A DNA stretch of 64,000 bases from an uncultured Planctomycetia bacterium (GCA_964629655.1 CAZVQU010000001.1:548056-612055), one strand, 5' to 3'. Counted from the first letter of the stretch, positions 30,557-39,424 are shown. Notes: generated by a model from the letters alone, not told the origin. Numbers and translations are program-made.

Positions 30557-31819
30557 ATGAAGTATAAGTTTCTATTAATTTTATCATTTTTCTTATTAGC
30601 TATACCAGTGTCAGCCATGATTAAAGTTAAAACTGGCATAGAAAAGCTTTACGAAAGAGCTTCGGAAGACCATAGAAATCAAAGGCTCATTAAGGCAATT
30701 AAGGAGGCTATCAAGGAAGAGCCCGATAATTACAAGCACTACTATGAGCTTGCTTATGTTTATGAATATATCGGAGATTACGATAAGCAGTTAGGATTAT
30801 TCAAACAGATAATAAAATATTACCCGAAAGGTTACCCCGATTTGGATATCCATTATGGCAATCTTGCAATGTCTTACATTCGTGCTGGAATGTTAGATAA
30901 AGCTAAGTTATTGTTAGATAAAGCACTGTTACTTAATCCTAAAAATTCCTACAATCATTGGCATTTGTTAACTTGTTATACGTTAAAGGGGCTTTACGAA
31001 GAAGCAGCTTTGGAAATGAAAATATTAAGTGATCTTAATCCAGGGGATGATTGTTATTATGATATTTATAGGTACATTTTAGATAAAGACGAAGATTTAG
31101 AAAAGATGGCGAACCTTTTTAGAAAGGCCGTGAAAGTTAACCCCAACAGTCATCTATCTCGTAGAATGCTGGCGATAGCTTTACGAAATAATCCAGATAG
31201 TTTTTTACAAAATCTTCCTATAGTGATGAAAGAATTTAAAAAAGCTTTAAAACTGAACCCTAAATATTTACCTACATATATCAGCATAGCAGATACATAT
31301 ATGTTGCACGCTGTGAAAGTGGGAAATAAAGCGTATTTCAAAAAAGCTCTAAAATGGTTTAATAAAGCCCAAAAAATAGATCCAAACAACATAAGATTAT
31401 TTTATGCAATGGGGAATTGTTATGTATATATGGGAGAGTACGACAAAGGAATAGAAAAACTTGAATATGTAATAAGCAGAGGCCTTAGAGATGTTGGCCC
31501 GGTAGAGGTATTAGCCAAAGCTTACAATAATAAAGCATATGACCTATACATAAAAGGTGAGGACTTAGAAGAAGGGTTAGAAATGATTAACAAGGCAATT
31601 AGGTTAGTGCCTGACAATGGAATTATTTTAGGTACAAAAGCAGAGATTTTATATAAAATGGAAAGGCACGAAGAGGCCTATGAATATATCCAGAGAGCTT
31701 TGGTGTTGGAACCTAACCATCTAGAAATGAAACAAGATTTAGAAAACATTGAAAATGCATTAAAAAGAGCTAAAATAGAGCCAAATAGTGGAAAAGGGGA
31801 CGGTTCTATTTTAAAATAA
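30557..31819 (+). CDS. Secreted TPR-repeat protein
   Basis: Signal peptide MKYKFLLILSFFLLAIPVSA; repeated KAL.LNP TPR motifs. Confidence 0.85.
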   Translation: MKYKFLLILSFFLLAIPVSAMIKVKTGIEKLYERASEDHRNQRLIKAIKEAIKEEPDNYKHYYELAYVYEYIGDYDKQLGLFKQIIKYYPKGYPDLDIHYGNLAMSYIRAGMLDKAKLLLDKALLLNPKNSYNHWHLLTCYTLKGLYEEAALEMKILSDLNPGDDCYYDIYRYILDKDEDLEKMANLFRKAVKVNPNSHLSRRMLAIALRNNPDSFLQNLPIVMKEFKKALKLNPKYLPTYISIADTYMLHAVKVGNKAYFKKALKWFNKAQKIDPNNIRLFYAMGNCYVYMGEYDKGIEKLEYVISRGLRDVGPVEVLAKAYNNKAYDLYIKGEDLEEGLEMINKAIRLVPDNGIILGTKAEILYKMERHEEAYEYIQRALVLEPNHLEMKQDLENIENALKRAKIEPNSGKGDGSILK

Positions 31820-31842
31820 TTAAGTATTGTGTCCCCGGAATT
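31796..31842. repeat. GGGGAC...GTCCCC REP-like junction element
   Basis: GGGGACGGTTCTATTTT followed by AATTAAGTATTGTGTCCCCGGAATT; the second part has an inverted partner at 34081-34105. Confidence 0.55.
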
Positions 31843-31867
31843 CGCAAAAATTAAGGCAAGAGAAATT

Positions 31868-34081
31868 ATGAACCGCAGAATGAAATGGGTAAAGACAAAG
31901 GTTGAAAACACAGCCATGAAAGCGATGAAAGTATTTGCTGGGGTTGTGTTTCTAATGAAAAGAATTGAGGCATGGGTTTCTAATGTCATTGTTTCTTTGC
32001 TTGGTATTGCAGTAGCTGCTTTTTTGTTTTTGCCAAAAAATCAGAACTTGCTTGGTCACATAGAAAGTCCCAATGCAATTTTCCTAGCTATAGGTGGGCT
32101 GATTGGAACGGTACTCGCGCTCGTTTTTTCTTTATCGATTATTCCTATCCAGAACGCTGCCGCTAACCTTACTCAATCTGTAATCAAGCTCTACAGCAGA
32201 GATAGATTATCAAAATACATTTTTTCTACACTTTCAATTTTTTGTTTATCATCATTCCTTATGGTTTTTGGCAACAGCATGGGGATAAGCAAGCCAATTT
32301 TGCTGACGGTTGATTTCCTATTCATAGCTTTTTCTTTTGATTTATTGCGGCTTTATCATCGGCACGTTATTAGCTTATTAGAGTCAGACAAAGGAATTAA
32401 TAAGTTGAGGGACAGTATTAAGAAAAAGATTTCTTGGTTTCAAGGAAAGATTTCTTTTTTGGCGAAAATAAGAAGTCTTTTTTTAACAAAAGAAGACAAG
32501 AAAAAATTACCGTTAAATCAACTTGAGTCATTTTTGTATATTAATTTATCTCACGTGGTTTATGGCTTTAGACTGTTAGTCAATGAGTTAGCCGAAATCG
32601 CCCTAAAGGCCGTCGCAAGAAGTGAGGTGTCCCGAGCGCAGCTGGCAATTTTCGCGATGTCTGACGTTGCTTGTCATTACGTAACTGTAAGAAAAAATAA
32701 CTTAAGAATTCAAGGTGAACCAGGTGTAGCTGGCATGCTCGGTGTAAAAGGAAGCGATATAGACGATCTCCTTAGCCCGATATACGAGCATTTCAAAGAT
32801 ATTAGTCGAAGCGCAGTATCTTCCAGGAATGAAACCACATCTTTACATTCAATAAGAGCGCTATCTCAACTCGCTATACATTTAACGACGTTAGAGAGCC
32901 CGGCCTACAGAAAACATTCTGTACCTTTGACCCATATGTCTATTGCATATATGGGAGTATGCATTGAAGCCGCACAGAGGCAGGGCTTGGATGATGTTCC
33001 GCATCAAGGCGCAGGTAATTTGCTAGAAATAACGAAGAATGCCCCAAAGAATGTTGACATTTGTGATATTTACTTACCTGTTTTAAATGAGTTAAATAAA
33101 ATAGCTTTAGCGTTTCTTGTATCCAACAAGGATACTCTTCTGAACAGTTGCATTGAAAAGATAATGACCGTATCTCACCATGCCGTTTATAATAAGCATT
33201 TCAGAGCAGCTGATGTAATCGGCGATATTACAAAGAAATTAGAAGTGCTGTTACCTATCGCTTTGTCTTATGAAAAAATCTATGGTTCAAAGTTTTTAGG
33301 CCAACCTTTAACTCCTGCATATGATCTTTCAAATCAAAGATCGTTAGGATATTTAATTGCAAGGGCAACAGAGATGATTAAAAAAGATGAAAAAAGAACC
33401 CATGTTAATCCATACGGAAACTTCATTGATATAAATGAAAAAATACAGGGGCATCTTTATGATATTGGAAAGAACAATGAATTTGGTGATTCGTTCATAT
33501 TATGGCATATTCTGCATACGATAAAGCACATAGCAAAGATTTTTATACAGCTGGTGGAAAAACCCGTAACACATGATCCAGCTTTTCTCGAGAAACTCAC
33601 AGAATGCTTTTCGCGGTATTGTAGTTTCTTTTGGTTGGCATTTGACGAAAAGAAAACAGTAAATTACACACAAGCACAAGAAGCATGTGATATATCTGGC
33701 TATATAGGCTTAAACTTCTTTAGACTTAAAAAACAAGATATTGTGAAGTTCTGTATAGATAATATAGCTACAATAGCCAGTTCTTATAAAAATATCAGCG
33801 AAAAAGAAGAGCGGTATAATGAGTTTAATATAGCAGATTTATTAATGCCTTTATGGCATCTATATTTGGCTGCCGAGCACGCTGGTGGTACTGAAACTAC
33901 TAAATTGATCAACGAAAAGCTTAAAGAATTCGATGTTTTCAAAAACAGCTCAAAAGAAGCGGAGGCTTTTGAAAATAGAAAAAGGCATTTGCAAAGAGAT
34001 TTTAGCGAAGGCCTACATTGGTCTCGAAATGATAAATCAATTGGAATATTAAGAGAATTGCTGGACAGAAAGCCTGTATAA
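31868..34081 (+). CDS. Hypothetical membrane protein with about 4 N-terminal TM helices (DUF2254-like) and a large helical C-terminus
   Basis: Long ORF; hydrophobic segments such as IGGLIGTVLALVFSLSIIPIQNAA. Start uncertain because GTG 31829 lies within the repeat element. Confidence 0.7.
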   Translation: MNRRMKWVKTKVENTAMKAMKVFAGVVFLMKRIEAWVSNVIVSLLGIAVAAFLFLPKNQNLLGHIESPNAIFLAIGGLIGTVLALVFSLSIIPIQNAAANLTQSVIKLYSRDRLSKYIFSTLSIFCLSSFLMVFGNSMGISKPILLTVDFLFIAFSFDLLRLYHRHVISLLESDKGINKLRDSIKKKISWFQGKISFLAKIRSLFLTKEDKKKLPLNQLESFLYINLSHVVYGFRLLVNELAEIALKAVARSEVSRAQLAIFAMSDVACHYVTVRKNNLRIQGEPGVAGMLGVKGSDIDDLLSPIYEHFKDISRSAVSSRNETTSLHSIRALSQLAIHLTTLESPAYRKHSVPLTHMSIAYMGVCIEAAQRQGLDDVPHQGAGNLLEITKNAPKNVDICDIYLPVLNELNKIALAFLVSNKDTLLNSCIEKIMTVSHHAVYNKHFRAADVIGDITKKLEVLLPIALSYEKIYGSKFLGQPLTPAYDLSNQRSLGYLIARATEMIKKDEKRTHVNPYGNFIDINEKIQGHLYDIGKNNEFGDSFILWHILHTIKHIAKIFIQLVEKPVTHDPAFLEKLTECFSRYCSFFWLAFDEKKTVNYTQAQEACDISGYIGLNFFRLKKQDIVKFCIDNIATIASSYKNISEKEERYNEFNIADLLMPLWHLYLAAEHAGGTETTKLINEKLKEFDVFKNSSKEAEAFENRKRHLQRDFSEGLHWSRNDKSIGILRELLDRKPV

Positions 34082-34105
34082 ATTTTGGCGATACAATACC
34101 TAATT
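34081..34105. repeat. Inverted partner of 31818-31842
   Basis: AATTTTGGCGATACAATACCTAATT versus the reverse complement AATTCCGGGGACACAATACTTAATT: 20/25 identical. Confidence 0.55.
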
Positions 34106-34310
34106 ATCCAACTGAACTTTCTTTAGTGTAAATTTCAAAAACGCACTTTCTTAACCTTATCTTATATACCCGCGACTTAGGAATCCAGATTTTCTTGCCG
34201 TTGCAGTAAACCAAAATAGCCTTTTCGGTTTCGTGGAGGAAGCGGATTTTTAGCCATATTTTTCCTCGCCAAGGGTATTTTGGGTAATAACTGTAGAAAA
34301 ACTAAAACAT
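34104..34310 (-). pseudogene. Small gene with an in-frame TAG at codon 3
   Basis: GGAAGGA RBS, then MF*FFYSYYPKYPWRGKIWLKIRFLHETEKAILVYCNGKKIWIPKSRVYKIRLRKCVFEIYTKESSVG. Confidence 0.5.
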
Positions 34311-34413
34311 ATCTTATCCTTCCTTATAATTACAGGCTTTTCGCGCTGTTGTTTTGTCAATATTTAGGCTTTTGGCTATGCTTTCATAAGACATGCCTAG
34401 TAGACGTAATTGT

Positions 34414-34443
34414 TTGACTTTTTGGGATATTATCTGGTATAAT
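34414..34443 (+). promoter_or_regulatory. sigma70 promoter upstream of a structured non-coding segment
   Basis: TTGACT-18 nt-TATAAT with TG extended -10. Confidence 0.6.
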
Positions 34444-34453
34444 GCTCTTCGCT

Positions 34454-34532
34454 TGGCGGGTTCAATAACAACGGTAACCTTGATTTCTGATAAGGTTCGA
34501 ATTGGTTGCAGGCGCGCCCGCCATTTGTTTTA
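34454..34532 (+). ncRNA. Candidate structured RNA, family unknown
   Basis: Closing stem TGGCGGGT/GCCCGCCA, inner stem AACCTT/AAGGTT, T-rich tail, promoter directly upstream. Confidence 0.35.
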
Positions 34533-34563
34533 TTATCCAGCTGTTTTTCGAAAAAGAATAACT

Positions 34564-35296
34564 TTACGTGCATCCTTGACTTTTTATCGAAATATAAAAA
34601 TGCCAAAGAGACCAAACAAGCCCCAGGTTAAAACAATCCTGGCAAGACACTACAGAATCTTGGGGAAATCTTTTCTTCCCATCCTAGCACTTATTTTTTT
34701 CCTGAATCCCATTCTTGTTTTGGCGAATTCAGAATTTACCGGCAACATTGTTATTAGGCAGCAGACAAAAACCGCTAGCGGTATTTCAGTTTGCGGACCG
34801 GTTACAGTAGACCTGGATATTTTAGATATTATTTGCCGGGCGAACATAAAGTCCCTTGAAGATTACGAACGCTGGCTGCAAAAAACAGTTAAATACAAAG
34901 GGGACGATGGTGCTGATGTATGGTCCTTGCCGGAGGAAACCCTTACCAAAAAGTATGGCGATTGTGAAGATCTTGCGTTTTTAAATAAAGCGTTTCTCCA
35001 TGTATTGGGTTATCAGCCGAAAGTAATGGCCCTGGTAAGATTTGGCGATAAAAAAGGACATGCCATCTGCGTCTTTGAAGAAAACGGTTATTACCTATGG
35101 TTTGATAATACCAGTCTTAATAAAATTTCAGCAGCATCTATTGAAGAATTTTCCGATTATGTCCTCATGAATGGTTTGTATACTATGCTTTTTGAAATTA
35201 ATGTTGGCGACGAGAAGCAAAATATTCTAAGCGCTGGCATTATAGAATAGAACAGAAAACAGCCTTACGTGCATCCTTGACTTTTTATCGAAATAT
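34564..35296 (+). repeat. Perfect 32-bp direct repeat flanking one gene
   Basis: TTACGTGCATCCTTGACTTTTTATCGAAATAT at 34564-34595 and 35265-35296. Confidence 0.85.
34600..35250 (+). CDS. Exported transglutaminase-like cysteine protease (BTLCP-like)
   Basis: DVWSLPEET...YGDCEDLA, GHAICV, WFDN Cys-His-Asp triad; hydrophobic N-terminal segment. Start corrected from 34393. Confidence 0.75.
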   Translation: MPKRPNKPQVKTILARHYRILGKSFLPILALIFFLNPILVLANSEFTGNIVIRQQTKTASGISVCGPVTVDLDILDIICRANIKSLEDYERWLQKTVKYKGDDGADVWSLPEETLTKKYGDCEDLAFLNKAFLHVLGYQPKVMALVRFGDKKGHAICVFEENGYYLWFDNTSLNKISAASIEEFSDYVLMNGLYTMLFEINVGDEKQNILSAGIIE

Positions 35297-35319
35297 GGTA
35301 TTAAAAGAAGGGGGGCAAA

Positions 35320-36258
35320 ATGATACCATCGCTAAAAGCCAGAAGGCTTACTACCAAAGAGCATCTCAACATAATCTTTTGCAGACACGCTATAACAATC
35401 ATAATCCTAACTATTAGTTTTGGGATTTTTGCTATTGTTGCCCAAAGGAATATTCCTTTAACGATTATGGCTGGGTTTGTCCTTAGTGTAGCCCTAAGCT
35501 ATTTTTTAGAGTCCCTAGACTCAACATTAAAGACCCCCGAAGATGTAGAGTGTTGTGCGCGGTTGCCTTACTTAGGATATATCCCTTCGATAGAAAAAGA
35601 ATTCAAGAACAGGAAGGATGCTGATTTAGTTTTTCACCATCGACACTATTCTTATGTAGCCGAAGCCTTCAGAAAGGCTAAGGAATCACTTCTTTCTGCT
35701 TGCTCGACAGGGAATCCGCTTAAGACTTTTGTGGTTAGTAGTTTTATACCTAAAGAGGGAAAGAGTTTTGTGGCTACAAATCTCGCTATAGCCTTTGCAG
35801 CTGCCGGAGAACCAACACTGTTGATTGATGGAGACATGCGAAAAGGAAGGCTCAATAAAATCTTTGATGTTGAGAATGTGAAAGGACTGTCTAATGCTCT
35901 GGCTGGAGCGTCTTCTTTCCAGGAAACAGTCACCCCGACAAAGATAAAGAACCTTTCGCTGCTACCTTTAGGCGCAGCGTCTCCTAACCCTATAGAGCTG
36001 TTAAAGGTAAATAAGATAAAAGCGATTCTGCAAGAAGCTGGAACAAAATTCAAAAAGATAATTATTGATGCCCCTCCGGTGCTAAGTGTTACTGACGCTC
36101 TTGTGTTTGGCAGTGAATGCGACGGGTTAGTTTTTGTGATTAAAGCCGGCGTGACTCCTTTCCAACACATTGTAGATGCCCAAAAAATGATTGGCGGCAG
36201 AGTAAAAATTCTAGGCGCACTATTAAATAGCGTAGATGTTAAAAAGAGCCGGCAGTAA
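35320..36258 (+). CDS. CpsD/CapB/Wzc-type BY-kinase-like protein with 2 TM
   Basis: LESLDSTLKTPEDV, AEAFR, Walker A PKEGKS, LLIDGDMRK, IIIDAPPV..VTDA. Confidence 0.85.
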   Translation: MIPSLKARRLTTKEHLNIIFCRHAITIIILTISFGIFAIVAQRNIPLTIMAGFVLSVALSYFLESLDSTLKTPEDVECCARLPYLGYIPSIEKEFKNRKDADLVFHHRHYSYVAEAFRKAKESLLSACSTGNPLKTFVVSSFIPKEGKSFVATNLAIAFAAAGEPTLLIDGDMRKGRLNKIFDVENVKGLSNALAGASSFQETVTPTKIKNLSLLPLGAASPNPIELLKVNKIKAILQEAGTKFKKIIIDAPPVLSVTDALVFGSECDGLVFVIKAGVTPFQHIVDAQKMIGGRVKILGALLNSVDVKKSRQ

Positions 36259-36346
36259 CTCCTGATAACTGCTAAATTTCTATAACCAGTCACTTAAACT
36301 TTAGTATAGATTTTTCTTAGGACTTTGATATAATTTAGATACTTTT

Positions 36347-36420
36347 GGCGGCGTAGCTCAGGCTGGTAGAGCAAACGGCTCATACCCGTTGCGTCAGTGG
36401 TTCAAGTCCACTCGCCGCCA
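36347..36420 (+). tRNA. tRNA-Met(CAT), elongator type
   Basis: Acceptor GGCGGCG/CGCCGCC (paired 1:72), anticodon arm AACGG-CTCATAC-CCGTT. Ile2 is not fully excluded. Confidence 0.9.
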
Positions 36421-36446
36421 TTTTTAATTTTAAAAAAAAGGGAAAA

Positions 36447-36734
36447 GTGATGAGTGAAAATATGGATTTAGATGCTATTAAAGAATCTATTGTGAAAAAA
36501 GTATATCATATTCATTCAGATACAAAAGTCCCTCTGCACAAACACGAGGAACAGGATGAAATATTTTATTGCATAAAAGGTTCTGGCTTTGGAGTTTTAA
36601 AAGATGGGGAAGTAGAGTTGAGTGTAGGAAAATCATTTATTGTTTCTGCGGGAACAATGCATTCACTCAGAAGCGAAGAAAATCTTTATGTAAGTGCTTT
36701 TCTTGTTTCTGTAGTGGATGACAGATTAAAATAA
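36447..36734 (+). CDS. Cupin-domain protein
   Basis: PLHKHEEQDEIFYCIKGSG...GTMHSL. Confidence 0.85.
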   Translation: MMSENMDLDAIKESIVKKVYHIHSDTKVPLHKHEEQDEIFYCIKGSGFGVLKDGEVELSVGKSFIVSAGTMHSLRSEENLYVSAFLVSVVDDRLK

Positions 36735-36794
36735 TTTAGGATATATACACCCGAGTAAATAGCTTAAAGAGCAGTTTAAATAAGGAGGTAGGTT

Positions 36795-37109
36795 ATGGTA
36801 GGAGAAGGTAGTGCCAAAAAAATTGAGGCAATTAGTGGGAGTTTATTTCTACTTTGGATAGGTATAGCGTGGTTAATGAGCCTCGGTCCAAACATAGGGT
36901 CAATTGGCATAGGGGTTATAATTTTAGGTGCTCAAGCCACTAAAAAATATTTTGGCTTAAAACTCGAAGGATTCTGGCTAGTTGTTGGAGCTTTTTTTGT
37001 AGTCAGTGGGCTAGGCATATTATCCGGAGTAAACATCCCCTTAATACCAATTATTCTTATTGTTTTGGGAGGAAAATTTCTCTATTCGGCGTTAAAGGAA
37101 AAGAAATAA
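36795..37109 (+). CDS. Small hypothetical membrane protein
   Basis: Four Gly-rich hydrophobic segments; AAGGAGGT RBS. Confidence 0.8.
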   Translation: MVGEGSAKKIEAISGSLFLLWIGIAWLMSLGPNIGSIGIGVIILGAQATKKYFGLKLEGFWLVVGAFFVVSGLGILSGVNIPLIPIILIVLGGKFLYSALKEKK

Positions 37110-37252
37110 CATAACGATAAATTAAAAATTCTAAAAGGAGGTGAGAGGTTTCAAGGAAATACTAAAGTTAGTGGGTTCTTGTAGGCTCATACCCGTTGCG
37201 TCAGTGGTTCAAGTCCACTCGCCGCCATTTTTTTCGTCAAGAAAGGAGTATT

Positions 37253-37897
37253 ATGAGTGTTGTAATTGTATCGATTCTTGTATGCGCCCTGCCATTTGTA
37301 ATAATTTTTATAATAGCTAATTTCGTTAAAACAGCCCGGACCAAGAAGATAAAGACTTTTGCTGATGCAGAAAAGCTCTCTTTCATAAGCAAGAGGGATG
37401 ATTCCTACCTTTCTAAATTCCCAAGCTTTAGTATATTCTCCAAGGGTCGGAAAAAGACGGTGCGAAATATTCTAGGCGGTCAGAGAGATACTTTTAAAAT
37501 TTCAATATTTTACTATTCTTACCGCGAAAATTCCGGCGGAGAAGATGATCAGTCGTGTACATATACAGTAATATCTTTCGAGTCTGAGAAATTTTCAATA
37601 CCAGATTTTTCTCTTAGGCCCAAGAAGCTTATTGAATTCGGTAAATCCAAGGTTATTAAAATTAGCTCGAGCCAGACCTTTAGCAAACGATACGTACTCC
37701 TTGGTGATGACAAGGAGGCAGTAATGAATCTTTTTAACCCCGATATTCTTAGGCTTTTCGAAGAGGAAAAAGGATGGTATGCCGAGTCGGTCGATAATAA
37801 ATTACTCTTTTATAAAGGCAGATATCTCACTCCAAAGAAACTGCAACCTTTCCTAGACAAGTCCCAGCGTATAGCGGCGATGTTTGTCGGAGGGTAG
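37253..37897 (+). CDS. Hypothetical membrane-anchored protein
   Basis: AAGGAG RBS before ATG 37253; single N-terminal TM. The ORF-track start 37196 lies in the tRNA repeat. Confidence 0.75.
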   Translation: MSVVIVSILVCALPFVIIFIIANFVKTARTKKIKTFADAEKLSFISKRDDSYLSKFPSFSIFSKGRKKTVRNILGGQRDTFKISIFYYSYRENSGGEDDQSCTYTVISFESEKFSIPDFSLRPKKLIEFGKSKVIKISSSQTFSKRYVLLGDDKEAVMNLFNPDILRLFEEEKGWYAESVDNKLLFYKGRYLTPKKLQPFLDKSQRIAAMFVGG

Positions 37898-37995
37898 GTT
37901 TTTAAGCGGCGTGCACACTCAAATTTACTTACTCAAGGGGTTATTTTGTAGTATACTGGGTTTTGTAACCGGTGAGTTTTTTATAAGGAGAGAAG

Positions 37996-38286
37996 ATGAA
38001 GTGTCCGAGTTGCGGTAGCGAGAAGGTGGTGAAGGGTAGAATTTTTAACCAGGCCGATTATGTTTCTCCTCAAGCCTTTTTCAGGCCCAAAGAGCTAAAG
38101 CCCTTTTCATTATTCGGGATAAATATTCGGGTAAAGAAAAATGATTTTGCTGCTTGCGGAGAATGTGGACTTGTCTGGTCGGTAGTTGATGTGGATGAAT
38201 TAACAAAAGTCGTTGCTAAGAGCGGCCGAAAGAATACTAAAGACATGCTCGGGATAAAAGAGAAACAAGAATCGGAGCATGATTGA
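37996..38286 (+). CDS. Small Zn-ribbon protein
   Basis: MKCPSCGS...ACGECG; AAGGAG RBS. Confidence 0.75.
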   Translation: MKCPSCGSEKVVKGRIFNQADYVSPQAFFRPKELKPFSLFGINIRVKKNDFAACGECGLVWSVVDVDELTKVVAKSGRKNTKDMLGIKEKQESEHD

Positions 38287-39121
38287 GCAGGTTCAAAAAG
38301 ACCATCTTACCGGATTTTTTTTAAGAGAAGCCCTAGACTCTTTCCTCGATAAGCTTATATCCGAAGCTGATTCTAAAAACAAGAGTTTTTCAATAGCCCT
38401 CATTGATTTAGATAAATTTAAAAGATATAATGATAAATTCGGCCATCTCTTTGGAGACGAAGTCTTAAAGTATGCAGCCGGGATTTTTCGGTCGACCTTC
38501 TATGGAGACCCTCACCATTATTATCGTTATGGAGGCGATGAGTTCATAATAATATTTCCTGACACTCAAGCCCAAGAGGCCGGCTCTTTCCTGAGACAGT
38601 GTGTCTACAATACCTTCCGGCAACCGTTTGTGTTTAAAAGTAACTTTTACAAAATCACCATGAGCTTTGGTGTTGCTTCATACCCTTGTGATGGCAGAAC
38701 AAGAGAGGAGTTAATCAGGAAGGCTGACCAGGCAATGTATTATTCAAAACATGCCGGCACTAACCATGTTACTTTAGCTGATAACCTTTCTCATCTAAAG
38801 GCACGAAAGTGGGCCATAACGCTCAGCGTTGCGCTAATCCTTGCCTTGGTTGGGCTTATAACCTATAAGTTCGCCTTTAAGACAATTATCAAGCCTACGG
38901 TGCAAGGAGTTAAAAATATAAATATAGTTGCTAAGCCCGGGGATCTAGACCTAGTGGTTCTAAAAAACGGAAGCTTCTATGAAGGAAGAATTATTGAGGA
39001 AACAGATGACATAGTAACGATAAGTTTGTATATGGAAAAGGGCCAAGGCGTCATGGCTTTTAAAAAGGGAGAAGTATTAAAGACGGAACGTGGTAGGAGC
39101 GGTCTGCCCCGACCGGAATAA
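38279..39121 (+). CDS. Diguanylate cyclase (GGDEF) with C-terminal TM and small external domain
   Basis: DHLTG, DLDKFKRYNDKFGHLFGDEVL, RYGGDEF, ADQAMYYSK; TM helix after the domain. Confidence 0.9.
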   Translation: MIEQVQKDHLTGFFLREALDSFLDKLISEADSKNKSFSIALIDLDKFKRYNDKFGHLFGDEVLKYAAGIFRSTFYGDPHHYYRYGGDEFIIIFPDTQAQEAGSFLRQCVYNTFRQPFVFKSNFYKITMSFGVASYPCDGRTREELIRKADQAMYYSKHAGTNHVTLADNLSHLKARKWAITLSVALILALVGLITYKFAFKTIIKPTVQGVKNINIVAKPGDLDLVVLKNGSFYEGRIIEETDDIVTISLYMEKGQGVMAFKKGEVLKTERGRSGLPRPE

Positions 39122-39153
39122 AATAACCTTGAGATACAAAAGGGAGGAGCGAG

Positions 39154-39423
39154 ATGGATATAGAAGTAAGAAAGCCTAACCGAGAAGAGTTAGAGAGTTT
39201 AGGCGTTGAGACCTGGCCTATCTGGGAAAAGGGAGCTAGCAGTTTTGATTGGCACTATGATTCGAAGGAAGTCTGTTACTTTCTAGAAGGAGAGGTGGAG
39301 GTAGAGGAGCCAGGCGGCAAGAGAGTAAAGATTGAAAAAGGCGATTTGGCAACTTTTCCTCAGGGGCTAAGCTGTAAATGGCATATTAAAAGAAAAGTGA
39401 GAAAGCACTACAACTTTAGCTAG
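39154..39423 (+). CDS. Cupin_3 (DUF861) protein
   Basis: WPIWEK..S.FDWHY...E.CY.LEGEV, GDL.TFP.GLSCKW, VRKHY. Confidence 0.88.
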   Translation: MDIEVRKPNREELESLGVETWPIWEKGASSFDWHYDSKEVCYFLEGEVEVEEPGGKRVKIEKGDLATFPQGLSCKWHIKRKVRKHYNFS

Positions 39424-39424
39424 G

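Larger units (their letters stand above)
20199..34105. mobile_element. Genomic island at tRNA-Asp (right boundary uncertain)
   Basis: Serine recombinase abutting the tRNA, XRE regulator, visibly more AT-rich accessory cargo. No clear attR found. Confidence 0.65.
36377..37232 (+). mobile_element. Integrase-less mini-island in tRNA-Met bounded by 49-bp direct repeats
   Basis: 36377-36425 is repeated exactly at 37184-37232 (tRNA anticodon arm to 3' end plus TTTTT). Confidence 0.85.

Noticed and set aside
34517-34525. CCCGCCATT as attR of the tRNA-Asp island
   Set aside because: It matches the tRNA-Asp 3' end over only 9 bp and is part of a hairpin, which is too weak to set the boundary.
34393-34599. 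N-terminal extension of the transglutaminase-like ORF
   Set aside because: It spans a promoter, a hairpin and a direct repeat. ATG 34600 is more plausible.
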